The notes below the pieces were generated by a model. It was not told the DNA's origin and ran no database searches. It saw only the letters and a list, made by a program, of their open reading frames with translations. The position numbers were made by a program, and so were the translations under genes. A stretch of DNA of 64,000 nt from an uncultured Chromatiales bacterium (GTDB taxonomy: Bacteria; Bacteroidota; Ignavibacteria; SZUA-365; CAYQST01): positions 104,759 through 168,758 of the forward strand of contig CAYQST010000003.1 in the NCBI GenBank assembly GCA_964420295.1. Reading direction: 5' to 3'. Below, in pieces: positions 10,325 through 19,447 of this stretch. How positions within the stretch are numbered: the stretch's first letter is position 1; the number at the start of each line of letters is the position of its first letter.

Positions 10325-11335
10325 TTAGAAGTGTTTTTCGCGAATCGTGTATTCGGATGTCGAGTAATCCCGTTTCGTGACCATCTCCGCCAACAAACCA
10401 GTGGAGATGAGCTGAACCCCCACCAGCATGAGAAGAATCCCGAGAAGCAGGATGGGACGGTTGCTGACCGGATGGCCGAGAAGCCATTCTACGGTCAGAT
10501 ATCCGTTTATGAGAAGTCCGGCAAAGAGCAGAAAGGCCCCCACCGTGCCGAAGACATGCAGAGGGCGCTGGGTATATCGGGAGGTGAACATGACCGTGAG
10601 GAGATCGAGAAATCCCTTGAAGAATCGGCTCATCCCGAACTTTGTCTTTCCATGCTTGCGCGGATGATGTTGCACCACCAGTTCCGTGCACGAGAACCCC
10701 GCCATTTTGGCGAGAACGGGGATGTACCGATGCATTTCCCCATACACGTGCACGTTCTTCACCACTTCAAGTCGATAGGCCTTCAATCCGCAATTGAAGT
10801 CGTGGATGGGAATTCCAGACATTTTGCTGGTGACGAAGTTGAAGAAACGGGAGGGAATGGTTTTGGAAATCGGATCGTACCGCTTCTTTTTCCAACCACT
10901 CACCATATCGAATCCGCCATCGATGGATGCGATGAGATGGGGGATCTCGCGGGGGTCATCCTGAAGATCCGCGTCCATCGTGATCACATAGCATCCCCGC
11001 GCATGCTCGAAGCCAACCGCCAGAGCCGCACTCTTTCCATAGTTGCGACGAAAGCGAATCAACTTGATGCGAGGATCGCGTTCCCGTAGTCTGAGAATCA
11101 CTGCGGAGGATTGATCCGTGCTTCCATCATCGATAAAAAGGACCTCCCACCGATCCGAGATCGGGACCATCGTTTCCGTGATGCGGGAGACGAGCTCTTC
11201 CAGGGATTCTTCCTCGTTATACAGGGGAACCACCACGCTCAGATACAGATCCTGGTTCAGATCCCGATCCTGCGATTCTGGTGTCATGGCGGTGCGGGGA
11301 AAGTCGATGTCGTTCTGCACGGAAGGAAGACCCAT
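10325..11335 (-). CDS. Polyprenol-phosphate sugar synthase, GT2 family (GtrB/ArnC/DPM1-like)
   Basis: 336 aa. GT-A motifs (VVVPLYNEEESL, FIDDGSTDQS, ITMDADLQDDP) and two C-terminal transmembrane helices. Confidence 0.85.
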   Translation of the reverse strand: MGLPSVQNDIDFPRTAMTPESQDRDLNQDLYLSVVVPLYNEEESLEELVSRITETMVPISDRWEVLFIDDGSTDQSSAVILRLRERDPRIKLIRFRRNYGKSAALAVGFEHARGCYVITMDADLQDDPREIPHLIASIDGGFDMVSGWKKKRYDPISKTIPSRFFNFVTSKMSGIPIHDFNCGLKAYRLEVVKNVHVYGEMHRYIPVLAKMAGFSCTELVVQHHPRKHGKTKFGMSRFFKGFLDLLTVMFTSRYTQRPLHVFGTVGAFLLFAGLLINGYLTVEWLLGHPVSNRPILLLGILLMLVGVQLISTGLLAEMVTKRDYSTSEYTIREKHF

Positions 11336-11375
11336 TTGGTAGGAAAACTGGAAAAATATCTTTCAAGCGCTAGAT

Positions 11376-12704
11376 TTGCAATGTACCTTCACTCTTCACT
11401 TCTTCACTCCTCTCATGTTCTTTTGGTCCCTCCTCTACAACGCCCTCGCCGTTCCCCTCCTGTGGGTTGCCTTTCGTGTTCTGGCTCTCGGCTCTCGTAA
11501 GGTGAGACGTGGCTGGCAGGGACGACACGAGGTGCAGGAGCATCTCGTGAACTTTCTCGAAGGGAAGCCCCAAGGTCCCCGACTCTGGATCCACGCATCT
11601 TCGATGGGAGAATTCGAGCAGGCCAAGCCGATCATCGAAGAGCTGAAACGTCGTGTTCCAAACCTTCTGGTCATCGCCACCTTCTTTTCCCCATCAGGGC
11701 TGGACAATAACCTTCGATATCCGTTTGCCGACCACGTGACCTTCATTCCGTTCGATACGGTCGGAAAGGCACGACGGTTTTTAACAACCCTCCGCCCATC
11801 AGTCGCGGTTTTCATCCGATACGATCTCTGGCCCAACCATCTGTTTCTCTGTCGCAAGCTTGGAATTCCTGTTCTGTTGGCCAACGGGACCATGCGGGAG
11901 AGGTCTCTTCGTCTGGCTCCTCTTGTCCGCTCTTTTCATCGCGCCGTCTTTTCCGCAATCACGCATTTCATGACGATCTCGAGAGAGGACGCGGCCAGGT
12001 TCCGCCGCTTTGGACTCGCCGAAACACCGGTGACCGTGGTCGGAGATACCCGCTATGACCGTGTGGTGGAGAGAGCTCGCGCCGCCCGACAACGCACCGT
12101 GTTGCCCGAATCCATCCGAGAGGGAAAAACGGTATTTGTCATCGGAAGTTCCTGGCCCGAGGATGAGGCGGTTCTTCTGCCTGGTCTTCACCGTCTGCTC
12201 CATCGGGTGCCCGAGCTTCTGGTGATCATCGTTCCACACGAACCAACCCTCACGCACCTCGACACCCTCGAACAAGCATTCTCTCCATCCATCCCCACGC
12301 TTCGCTTTTCACATCTTGCGGGGTATCAGGGTGAGCATGTGTTGTTGGTGGACAGCATCGGCATTCTCGCGCCTCTGTATGCATCCGCCGATCTCGCCTT
12401 CGTGGGAGGAGGGTTCCATTCGAATGTCCACAACACTCTGGAACCGGCGGTGTTCGGCATCCCGGTACTCTACGGTCCTCGGATCGCCAACAGTCAGGAG
12501 GCCGCACTGCTTCCCGAGGCAGGGGGGGCCGCCATCGTCCGCGACGCCCGTCAGCTCTATCGATGGGGACTTCGGCTGATTGAAAATGCTTCCGCTCGTC
12601 GCGCCATGGGGCGTCAGGCCGAAACCTTCGTGGTGGATCGTGCCGGGGCCACCGGACGCACGGTGGATCTCATTCTTCCATGGCTAGAAAAACCAATCAG
12701 CTAA
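11376..12704 (+). CDS. kdtA: 3-deoxy-D-manno-octulosonic acid (Kdo) transferase
   Basis: 442 aa. WIHASSMGEFEQAKPII motif and Kdo transferase similarity along the whole length. The start could instead be the Met at ~11415. Confidence 0.85.
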   Translation: MQCTFTLHFFTPLMFFWSLLYNALAVPLLWVAFRVLALGSRKVRRGWQGRHEVQEHLVNFLEGKPQGPRLWIHASSMGEFEQAKPIIEELKRRVPNLLVIATFFSPSGLDNNLRYPFADHVTFIPFDTVGKARRFLTTLRPSVAVFIRYDLWPNHLFLCRKLGIPVLLANGTMRERSLRLAPLVRSFHRAVFSAITHFMTISREDAARFRRFGLAETPVTVVGDTRYDRVVERARAARQRTVLPESIREGKTVFVIGSSWPEDEAVLLPGLHRLLHRVPELLVIIVPHEPTLTHLDTLEQAFSPSIPTLRFSHLAGYQGEHVLLVDSIGILAPLYASADLAFVGGGFHSNVHNTLEPAVFGIPVLYGPRIANSQEAALLPEAGGAAIVRDARQLYRWGLRLIENASARRAMGRQAETFVVDRAGATGRTVDLILPWLEKPIS

Positions 12705-13507
12705 ACGCGGTCTGACCCGCGTGTCGCCTTCTCTCTTTCCTTTGCCTCTTCCCAGAACTGATCCATTTCCGCGAGCGTCATCTCCGCGAGTGTGCGGCCT
12801 TGGCCTGTGGCGGATTGTTCAATATGACGGAAACGGCGCGCAAACCGATCGATGGTACCACGAAGCGCGTCCTCGGCATTGATGCGCTGAAAGCGTGCAT
12901 AGTTCACCAGGGCGAAAAGGAGATCACCGAATTCCGCTTCCCGCTGTTCGACGGTTCCTTCAGCGATCGCGACACGGAATTCCGCAAGTTCCTCCTCGAC
13001 TTTCGCCCACACCGGTTCCTCGGACGGCCAGTCGAATCCGACTTTCGATGCTTTTTCCTGAATGCGATGCGCCTTGAGGAGGGCGGGAAGGGCGCGGGGA
13101 ATCCCATCGATTACAGACTCCCTTCCTTCACTCAGTTTGATCTGTTCCCAATTTTTCTTCACCTCGTCAGCGCTGGTAGCTTCCGTGTCGCCGAAGATGT
13201 GTGGATGTCGACGCACAAGTTTTTCGATGATAGCAGTGAGTACGGTATCGATGGAAAAACGCCCTTCACCCGCCGCGATTTCGGCGTGAAAGACGACATG
13301 GAGAAGGAGATCTCCGAGTTCCTGCGCCAACCCCTCGTCATCCTTCTCGTCAATCGCCTCCACGACTTCGAAGGCCTCTTCGATCGTATTGCCCTTGATG
13401 GAGTCGTGGGTTTGTTCGCGGTCCCAGGGACATTCCGCCCGAAGGCGCGTCATGATCGCGAGCAATTCATCGAATGTATGGGGATGGTGCATGTTATTCC
13501 TTTCCAT
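12701..13507 (-). CDS. mazG: Nucleoside triphosphate pyrophosphohydrolase MazG
   Basis: 268 aa with tandem MazG domains (EEAFEVVEAIDE..ELGDLLLHVVFHA). Its end overlaps kdtA by 4 bp, convergent. Confidence 0.85.
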   Translation of the reverse strand: MERNNMHHPHTFDELLAIMTRLRAECPWDREQTHDSIKGNTIEEAFEVVEAIDEKDDEGLAQELGDLLLHVVFHAEIAAGEGRFSIDTVLTAIIEKLVRRHPHIFGDTEATSADEVKKNWEQIKLSEGRESVIDGIPRALPALLKAHRIQEKASKVGFDWPSEEPVWAKVEEELAEFRVAIAEGTVEQREAEFGDLLFALVNYARFQRINAEDALRGTIDRFARRFRHIEQSATGQGRTLAEMTLAEMDQFWEEAKEREKATRGSDRV

Positions 13508-13630
13508 GTGTGCGAGAAGCTAGCCATTTCCTCGACCCATGCCAAATCCCGGGCTGGATGGGCGGTGAAATCACGCCCATTCGTCGTATTTTGAGAGGAA
13601 GTTCGCTTTCTCGACGAGGACCATCCCCCC

Positions 13631-14515
13631 GTGAGTGCCCGCTACATCATCGAAGAAAGCCTGGCTGGCTTTCGCCGCAATCGCATGAGCATGTCGATTA
13701 CCATTTTTACGGTGGGCATCGCTCTCTTGCTTCTGGGGGTTTTTGCGCTCATCACGCAGAATTTTTCGCAGCTGGTGGATTCGATCAAGGATCGGGTCGA
13801 ACTGGAAGTGTTTCTCAAGGATTCGGATCAGGGGACCGCACACTCTCGTATTGGTGCCCAGATTCGGAAAATTCAGGGGGTCGCCGAGGTCTCCTATATT
13901 TCGAAGGAACAGGCCGTTTCCATCTTTGAAAAGGAAATCGGTGAACAGTTTTGGGATATCCTGGATTACAATCCGCTTCCGGCATCCTATCGTGTCAAGG
14001 TGATGCCAAACAGTCACACGCCCGAGATCATTTCGGCCCTGGCCGGAACGATTCGAGCCATCCCCGGCGTGGAGTCGGTGGTGTACCGCAAACAGTTTCT
14101 CACCCTGATCGACAGAAGGGCTCGAGTGTTTCAAACCGCGACCCTGTTTATTGGACTCGTGCTCGGCCTCTCGGCGATGATTCTGGTTGCGAACACCATT
14201 CGCCTGACCATCTACGCCAAACGGGATATGATCACCACGATGAAGCTCGTTGGCGCTACCCCGATGTTTATCCGCCTCCCCTTCCTCTTGGAAGGAGGAT
14301 TGCAGGGAATGATCGGAGGGGTGCTGGCCTCCCTGCTCATTGGTACTCTGTTCTCCTTCTTCCTGCAGCCGATATCCGAGGACCTGCTCATCCACATCGA
14401 GGTCACACCTCTCTTTTACGGAGCGTTGGTGTTGACTGGACTCTTCCTCGGCTTCATCGGAAGTGCTCTGTCGATCGGTCGATTTCTACGCGAAGCGCTC
14501 GCCGTTCCCCACTGA
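13631..14515 (+). CDS. ftsX: Cell-division ABC transporter permease FtsX
   Basis: 294 aa with a GTG start. FtsX topology: periplasmic domain then four TM helices. No ftsE is adjacent. Confidence 0.8.
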   Translation: MSARYIIEESLAGFRRNRMSMSITIFTVGIALLLLGVFALITQNFSQLVDSIKDRVELEVFLKDSDQGTAHSRIGAQIRKIQGVAEVSYISKEQAVSIFEKEIGEQFWDILDYNPLPASYRVKVMPNSHTPEIISALAGTIRAIPGVESVVYRKQFLTLIDRRARVFQTATLFIGLVLGLSAMILVANTIRLTIYAKRDMITTMKLVGATPMFIRLPFLLEGGLQGMIGGVLASLLIGTLFSFFLQPISEDLLIHIEVTPLFYGALVLTGLFLGFIGSALSIGRFLREALAVPH

Positions 14516-14532
14516 TTCTTCCTGGATTTGTC

Positions 14533-15324
14533 ATGCCTTCTTCTTCCGATTCCCTCTATCCGATCCACGCCATTCCCGGTGGCCCTGCAGCCGCTCTTCG
14601 TCGACTTCACAAGGGACTGTCTTTATTGGGAGGGCCCTACGCGCTGGAAGGGTCTAGCGAACCGAAGGTTCCATCCTCCATTCCTGCGATCCTGTTTATC
14701 GGAACCGGGCGGGGAGAACATCCCATCACTGCAGCGGAACGTCTCGGGTACGCCGTGTTTGGCATCGACGAAGAACCGGACGACATCCTGTATGGGAAGA
14801 TGGCAGCCATCGATCGTCGATTGCCCTCGCCTCCGGTGTTGAAAACGATGTCCCCCCTCACGCTCGACTTCGAGGATGGAAGCATGGACCTGGTGCAGGT
14901 GGAAGGGATCCTTACCTCATATCCGCGTCGGGCGGTGCTCTCTGAAATCCATCGCGTCCTGAAGCCCGGAGGGGTGCTGGTCCTGTTTGATCCCCGATGG
15001 AAGACCGTTCCGGTTCCCCACTCGGTGAAAGAACTCTGGGAAAGTCGGAGTTTTCCGGTTCTCACCCGTGAGGAAAATGAGGCGGTGCTTCGCGAGCTGC
15101 ATTTCAATCCGCACGCTTTCGAAGACGCGAGCTCCGATTTGGAAGGATTCTATCGCCAGTTCAGCAGGGATATTCGCGCCATCGTGCAATCTGGGTTCGA
15201 AGACATGAAGCATGTCAAGAAGCTCGTCACCCATTACAAGCACGAAATCGATATGTATGCGCGATTCGGGGGAAGGACCTATATGGGGCTGGGAGTGACG
15301 TATGCGATCCGTATGCCGAATTAA
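14533..15324 (+). CDS. Class I SAM-dependent methyltransferase
   Basis: 263 aa starting at MPSSSDSLYPIH. Methyltransferase-11-like motifs (VLKPGGVLVLFD). The track shows it as the tail of a fused alt-frame ORF 13951..15324. Confidence 0.6.
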   Translation: MPSSSDSLYPIHAIPGGPAAALRRLHKGLSLLGGPYALEGSSEPKVPSSIPAILFIGTGRGEHPITAAERLGYAVFGIDEEPDDILYGKMAAIDRRLPSPPVLKTMSPLTLDFEDGSMDLVQVEGILTSYPRRAVLSEIHRVLKPGGVLVLFDPRWKTVPVPHSVKELWESRSFPVLTREENEAVLRELHFNPHAFEDASSDLEGFYRQFSRDIRAIVQSGFEDMKHVKKLVTHYKHEIDMYARFGGRTYMGLGVTYAIRMPN

Positions 15325-15998
15325 ACCGTAATGCCGCGTGCCCGTAGTTCCTCACGCATGAAGCCACACAGGATGCGCGTGGCGAGTACGTTTTCCCCTC
15401 CATGCGGGACAATGATATCCGCATGGGTTTTGCTTGGGGCCACGAATTGTTCGAACATGGGACGCACCGTGGCATAGTACTGATCGCGAACGCTTTGCAC
15501 TGTTCGACCCCGCGTGGTGATGTCGCGTTCCATTCTTCTGAGGAGGCGAATGTCGGGATCGGCATCCACGTACACACGAAGATCCATCTCTTCGCGGAGG
15601 GTGCGTTCGGCGAGCACGAGGATACCCTCGACGATGATAATGGGATGAGGCGCGAGGGCGGTGGTGCTGTCCCTGCGCCGATGGGTGGAGAAGTCGTACT
15701 GTGGTTGCTCGACGGCCTTCCCTTCTTTCAGGGTGCGCAGGTGCTGAACGCAGAGGGAGGTTTCGAGGGATTCGGGATGATCGTAATTGATGTTTGTCGG
15801 ATTGGGGTCTGGCATGAGAGCCAGATCGAAGTAGTAGGCATCGTGCTGAAACAGGAGTGCCACTCCCTCGCCGAAACGGGAAATGAGATTTCTGGCCAGG
15901 GTGGTTTTTCCGGAACCGCTCCCCCCAGCGATTCCGACAACCAAGGGCTGAAAGGGTGTGCTCACGTGGACCTCCTTCGATGACTCCGCTTCGATCAA
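15321..15998 (-). CDS. udk: Uridine kinase
   Basis: 225 aa. P-loop (VGIAGGSGSGKTT) and uridine kinase similarity throughout. Confidence 0.85.
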   Translation of the reverse strand: MIEAESSKEVHVSTPFQPLVVGIAGGSGSGKTTLARNLISRFGEGVALLFQHDAYYFDLALMPDPNPTNINYDHPESLETSLCVQHLRTLKEGKAVEQPQYDFSTHRRRDSTTALAPHPIIIVEGILVLAERTLREEMDLRVYVDADPDIRLLRRMERDITTRGRTVQSVRDQYYATVRPMFEQFVAPSKTHADIIVPHGGENVLATRILCGFMREELRARGITV

Positions 15999-16050
15999 AA
16001 ACCAACAATTACCGACACTCCGTCAGAAAGGTAGGAAAAGCCGGAGTGTC

Positions 16051-16084
16051 AAAAAAAAAAAGAGATTCCCTTGGGAATCTCTTT
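16051..16084 (-). terminator. Rho-independent terminator downstream of tRNA-Leu
   Basis: Hairpin agagattccc-ttg-ggaatctct, followed on the minus strand by a 10-11 nt T-tract. Confidence 0.65.
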
Positions 16085-16171
16085 TGGTGCCTGGAACAGG
16101 AGTTGAACCTGCACGCCCTTACGGACACTACACCCTGAATGTAGCGCGTCTGCCTATTCCGCCATCCAGGC
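16085..16171 (-). tRNA. tRNA-Leu (anticodon CAG), CCA encoded
   Basis: Cloverleaf folded by hand. Acceptor GCCTGGA/TCCAGGC, anticodon stem CTACA/TGTAG with loop TTCAGGG, long variable arm, T-loop GGTTCAACTCC, 3' ACCA. Confidence 0.85.
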
Positions 16172-16300
16172 GCAGAGACAATATACACCGGGTGCTCGGA
16201 AAAAAACAAACAGAGTCGCTTTTCTGGATGGGGATTTCTATATTGGAGTCCTTGCGTTCGCAATTGATTTCACCCGCTGTTCCATCTACATCCATTCGCC

Positions 16301-16768
16301 ATGCGTACACTGCTTCTCTCGATCCTCGGCTCGTGCTGCCTGTTGTTGGCAGGATTCGGCGGTTGCTCGTCCACCGTTGATACCACGCCCCTCTCGGTGA
16401 CCTTCGACAATGTTGAGATTCGATCCGAAGCCGGTGCCACGCTGGCGGCATCGATGAATGTTCATGTCGTGAATCTGAGCGAAAAGACGGTAAACATCAA
16501 ATTTACGGAAGCGGAGTTCGTCGATACGCTCGAGAACCGCTCCCTGCTCCGTTTTCGCCCCATCATTCCCGAATCCTATGGTTCCCTGTCGACCCTTCAG
16601 CTACTGTCCAAGGACAAGAAAACAGTGGAGATCGTGGCACCGATGGGTATGGAATCGTTCACCGATCTCGAACAGCATCCCGTGGTCGCCGTGCGGCTTT
16701 CGATTGTGACCACCGATGGATATCGCACGCAAGTGATGAGTCCTGCGGTCCGCATCATTCAGAAATAG
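16301..16768 (+). CDS. Hypothetical lipoprotein
   Basis: 155 aa. Signal peptide plus lipobox (LLAGFGGCSS). No recognised domain. Confidence 0.5.
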   Translation: MRTLLLSILGSCCLLLAGFGGCSSTVDTTPLSVTFDNVEIRSEAGATLAASMNVHVVNLSEKTVNIKFTEAEFVDTLENRSLLRFRPIIPESYGSLSTLQLLSKDKKTVEIVAPMGMESFTDLEQHPVVAVRLSIVTTDGYRTQVMSPAVRIIQK

Positions 16769-17208
16769 CACCGTTTTCGCTTTCCTTCTCTCCCTCACCG
16801 CGGGGTGTGGAGGAAGTACCGGCACCGTCGGACAGGGCGTGGATTTTCACGTGATCGAAGCCCATGTCTGGAGTAATCGCATGCCGGGCTCCGCTCCACG
16901 CACGCATGTCGAACTTCGTGTGCGACTTGCCGAGCGAGAGGGGCGAGATCGAGACATTCGATCCGTCCGTTGTTGGATGAGTATCCCCGGCTCCGAGGTT
17001 CCGGTGGAAGCTCTCCCCATGGACAAGGTGATCGATGACACGCAGCAGGATACCGCTTCCCTGCCCGCATTGCAGTCCCTATCGCTTGTGCTCCGTGCGC
17101 GCACTGCCCAACTTCCCTGCACGACATTTCGCACCTGCGCAGTGCGCCTCGTCGTGGAAATCGAATTGGACGGACCATCTCCCCTTTCCTTAGATATCGG
17201 AGATCTCA

Positions 17209-18132
17209 ATGTGGTATCGACCTGGTAGTCCGGGCCATTTCGGCGTGAAGAGGCTTGGCGCAGGCCTGCTCTTCATCGTTCTGTGGATGGGGGCGGTCCT
17301 TCCATGTCGTGGACAGGATTCCGCAGGACCCTATCATTTCGGTTCCTTTCGAGATGCGGTGTCTGCCAGCGTAGATCCCTTCGGAACGGTGTATGTTACC
17401 GATGCAGATCGTCACATGATCCTGGCGCTCTCCATGAGCGGTCGGATACTTCATCAGTCCGGGGGACAAGGATGGACCTCTTCCTCTCTGGATGAACCGA
17501 TGGGAGTGGATGCGAGACTCGGCATTGCGATTTATGTGGCGGATCAGCGCAACCATCGGATCGTTCGACTCGATCAGCAGCTGACGGTAACCGCCGTTCT
17601 TTCCACACGAGATAACCCCAGCGCTCAGGAGAATTTCGGTGCTCCGAGGGACATCGCGTCCGATCCCCTCGGGGGCCTCTATATTCTCGATGGAGAGAAC
17701 ATGCGGATCGTGCGAAGCGCGGGCTTCGATCGCGTGGAGTTTGCCTTTGGAGGATCGGAAGCCGGTCCGGCCCGGCTCACGGCTGCTCTCGCACTGGATG
17801 TGGCCGGAACGGGAACGGTGTGCGTTCTTGAGCCAGCACGCATTGCGACCTATGACAGTTTCGGCCAATGGCGGGGAGACATCGGTCGAGGACAGCTCCA
17901 GGACGCCACGGCACTCTGTTGCGGAGCCCACCTTATGTATGCCGCCACACGCGACAGCCTTCACGCATTCGGATATGACGGCCAGGATCAGGGGACCATT
18001 TCCCTCACCTCCCTACCCGGCTGGACAGTCGGGGATTCCGTGCGCGATCTTGCGGAGTACCGGGATTCTCTGTTGATTTTGACCGCGTCGACGATTATTC
18101 TCGTCCCGCACCCTGCATTTCAGAAACCATAA
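17209..18132 (+). CDS. NHL-repeat beta-propeller protein, secreted
   Basis: 307 aa. Signal peptide, then repeated [11 protein letters not shown] / [14 protein letters not shown] / [16 protein letters not shown]-type blades. Confidence 0.7.
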   Translation: MWYRPGSPGHFGVKRLGAGLLFIVLWMGAVLPCRGQDSAGPYHFGSFRDAVSASVDPFGTVYVTDADRHMILALSMSGRILHQSGGQGWTSSSLDEPMGVDARLGIAIYVADQRNHRIVRLDQQLTVTAVLSTRDNPSAQENFGAPRDIASDPLGGLYILDGENMRIVRSAGFDRVEFAFGGSEAGPARLTAALALDVAGTGTVCVLEPARIATYDSFGQWRGDIGRGQLQDATALCCGAHLMYAATRDSLHAFGYDGQDQGTISLTSLPGWTVGDSVRDLAEYRDSLLILTASTIILVPHPAFQKP

Positions 18133-18146
18133 ACAAGGAGAACCGC

Positions 18147-18578
18147 ATGTACGGTTTGAACCGCGTTCAGCTCATTGGACATCTTGGAGGAGATCCGGAA
18201 GTCCGCTACACCGCGTCCCAGGACTCTGTCTGCTCATTCAACGTCGCCACCAACGAATCCTACAAGGGACAGGATGGACGCCTGGTCGAAAAGACGGAAT
18301 GGCATCGGTGCGTCGCGTGGAGAAAGGTCGCCGAAATTCTTGGACAGTATCTCCACAAGGGAAGTAAAGTGTATCTCGAGGGGAAACTCACCACCAGAAG
18401 CTGGGAGGACAAGGACGGCAACAAGAGGTACCAAACGGAAATCGTGGTCAGCGATTTTGTATTCCTGGACAGCAAGGAATCCGGCGGACGAGATTTCTCC
18501 CCGCGGAATTCCACAGAATCGATGCCCGAGACTCCGAAAACACCGGATGTCGCGCCCGACGACGACCTGCCCTTCTAA
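18147..18578 (+). CDS. ssb: Single-stranded DNA-binding protein
   Basis: 143 aa. OB-fold SSB N-terminus and a C-terminal acidic tail DDDLPF. Confidence 0.9.
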   Translation: MYGLNRVQLIGHLGGDPEVRYTASQDSVCSFNVATNESYKGQDGRLVEKTEWHRCVAWRKVAEILGQYLHKGSKVYLEGKLTTRSWEDKDGNKRYQTEIVVSDFVFLDSKESGGRDFSPRNSTESMPETPKTPDVAPDDDLPF

Positions 18579-18644
18579 TGGGAGGGAGGGCCACCCCCCT
18601 CCTCCCCTTGCATTTCCGCGACAAAAGCTGTAGATTATGGTATT

Positions 18645-18719
18645 GGACGCTTAGCTCAGCTGGTCCAGAGCGCACGCTTCACACGCGTGAGGTCACAGGT
18701 TCAAATCCCGTAGCGTCCA
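18645..18719 (+). tRNA. tRNA-Val (anticodon CAC)
   Basis: Hand-folded: acceptor GGACGCT/AGCGTCC, D-arm GCTC..GAGC, anticodon stem CACGC/GCGTG with loop TTCACAC. The T-arm has one A-C mismatch. No CCA is encoded. Confidence 0.8.
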
Positions 18720-18725
18720 CATCCC

Positions 18726-18752
18726 AAAGCCACCGGTCTCCGGTGGCTTTTT
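18726..18752 (+). terminator. Rho-independent terminator after tRNA-Val
   Basis: aaagccaccgg-tctc-cggtggc followed by TTTTT. Confidence 0.75.
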
Positions 18753-18792
18753 ACATGCTCTGCTCGTGCAGATTTCGCACTGCTCGTAATGG

Positions 18793-18829
18793 CGACCATA
18801 GAATTGCAATATTTGCAATTCTATGGTCG
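18793..18829 (+). promoter_or_regulatory. 37-bp perfect inverted repeat (17-3-17), candidate operator or RNA hairpin upstream of the island operon
   Basis: cgaccatagaattgcaa-tat-ttgcaattctatggtcg. Contains TTGCAA-N3-TTGCAA at its core and lies ~115 nt upstream of the first island gene. Confidence 0.5.
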
Positions 18830-18943
18830 GTTCGATCTGGTATTTCGCAAGAAATCGTGTTACATAGGAATTGCCAAAGCAGGATATGCGTTTCATAGAC
18901 ATGATATCTGTAACACACACACAAACACATTGGAGATGAGGCA

Positions 18944-19444
18944 GTGGGCGCAGGACACATGCTGCTGACCTTGGGAGCGATCATTCTCCTGACCTTCGTG
19001 ATCCTGAAGTTCAATTCGAACTCCCTGATTACAGAGGACACTATTCGTAACGACCAGATCGGAGTCCTGGGCATCAGTCTTGCCACAAGTCTCATCGAAG
19101 AAGCAAGCGCAAAAACCTTCGACGAAAATACCGATACCAACGTAGTCTCTTCAGTGAACTCCCTCAGTTCTACACTTGGACCGGATTACGGACAGCAGTA
19201 CCCCAATTTCAACGATTTTGATGATTACAACAATTTTACCCGCCGAGATACCATTCGGATGAACAATCAGAGATTGGCAATCTTCACTCTTCGATCGACC
19301 GTGAATTACATCAATCCCGCTTCACCCGAAGTCGTCTCGACCTCCCGCACCTGGCATAAAAAAATAACCGTTCGAGTCACATCCGACATGACTCGAGACA
19401 CGATCCGGCTCTCTCAATTCTTCAGCTATTGGACATTTCGGTGA
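18944..19444 (+). CDS. Pseudopilin-like protein (GspI/PilV-like candidate), N-terminal TM anchor, atypical signal
   Basis: 166 aa. GTG start with a GGAGA SD 8 nt upstream. Single N-terminal hydrophobic helix (MLLTLGAIILLTFVIL) and an N/S/T-rich beta-type remainder. No G-F-T-L-I-E motif and no Glu5. Confidence 0.5.
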   Translation: MGAGHMLLTLGAIILLTFVILKFNSNSLITEDTIRNDQIGVLGISLATSLIEEASAKTFDENTDTNVVSSVNSLSSTLGPDYGQQYPNFNDFDDYNNFTRRDTIRMNNQRLAIFTLRSTVNYINPASPEVVSTSRTWHKKITVRVTSDMTRDTIRLSQFFSYWTFR

Positions 19445-19447
19445 TTT

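Noticed and set aside
13951-15324. 457-aa plus ORF spanning ftsX and the methyltransferase
   Set aside because: Its first 580 nt are an alternative frame of ftsX, an open frame in GC-rich DNA. Only the in-frame portion from the ATG at 14533 has methyltransferase similarity.
16839-17228. 129-aa ORF in the lipoprotein/NHL intergenic gap
   Set aside because: Third-codon positions are not GC-biased as in real genes here. It overlaps the NHL start and has no signal or motif. It is treated as non-coding and discussed as a possible ncRNA or leader region.
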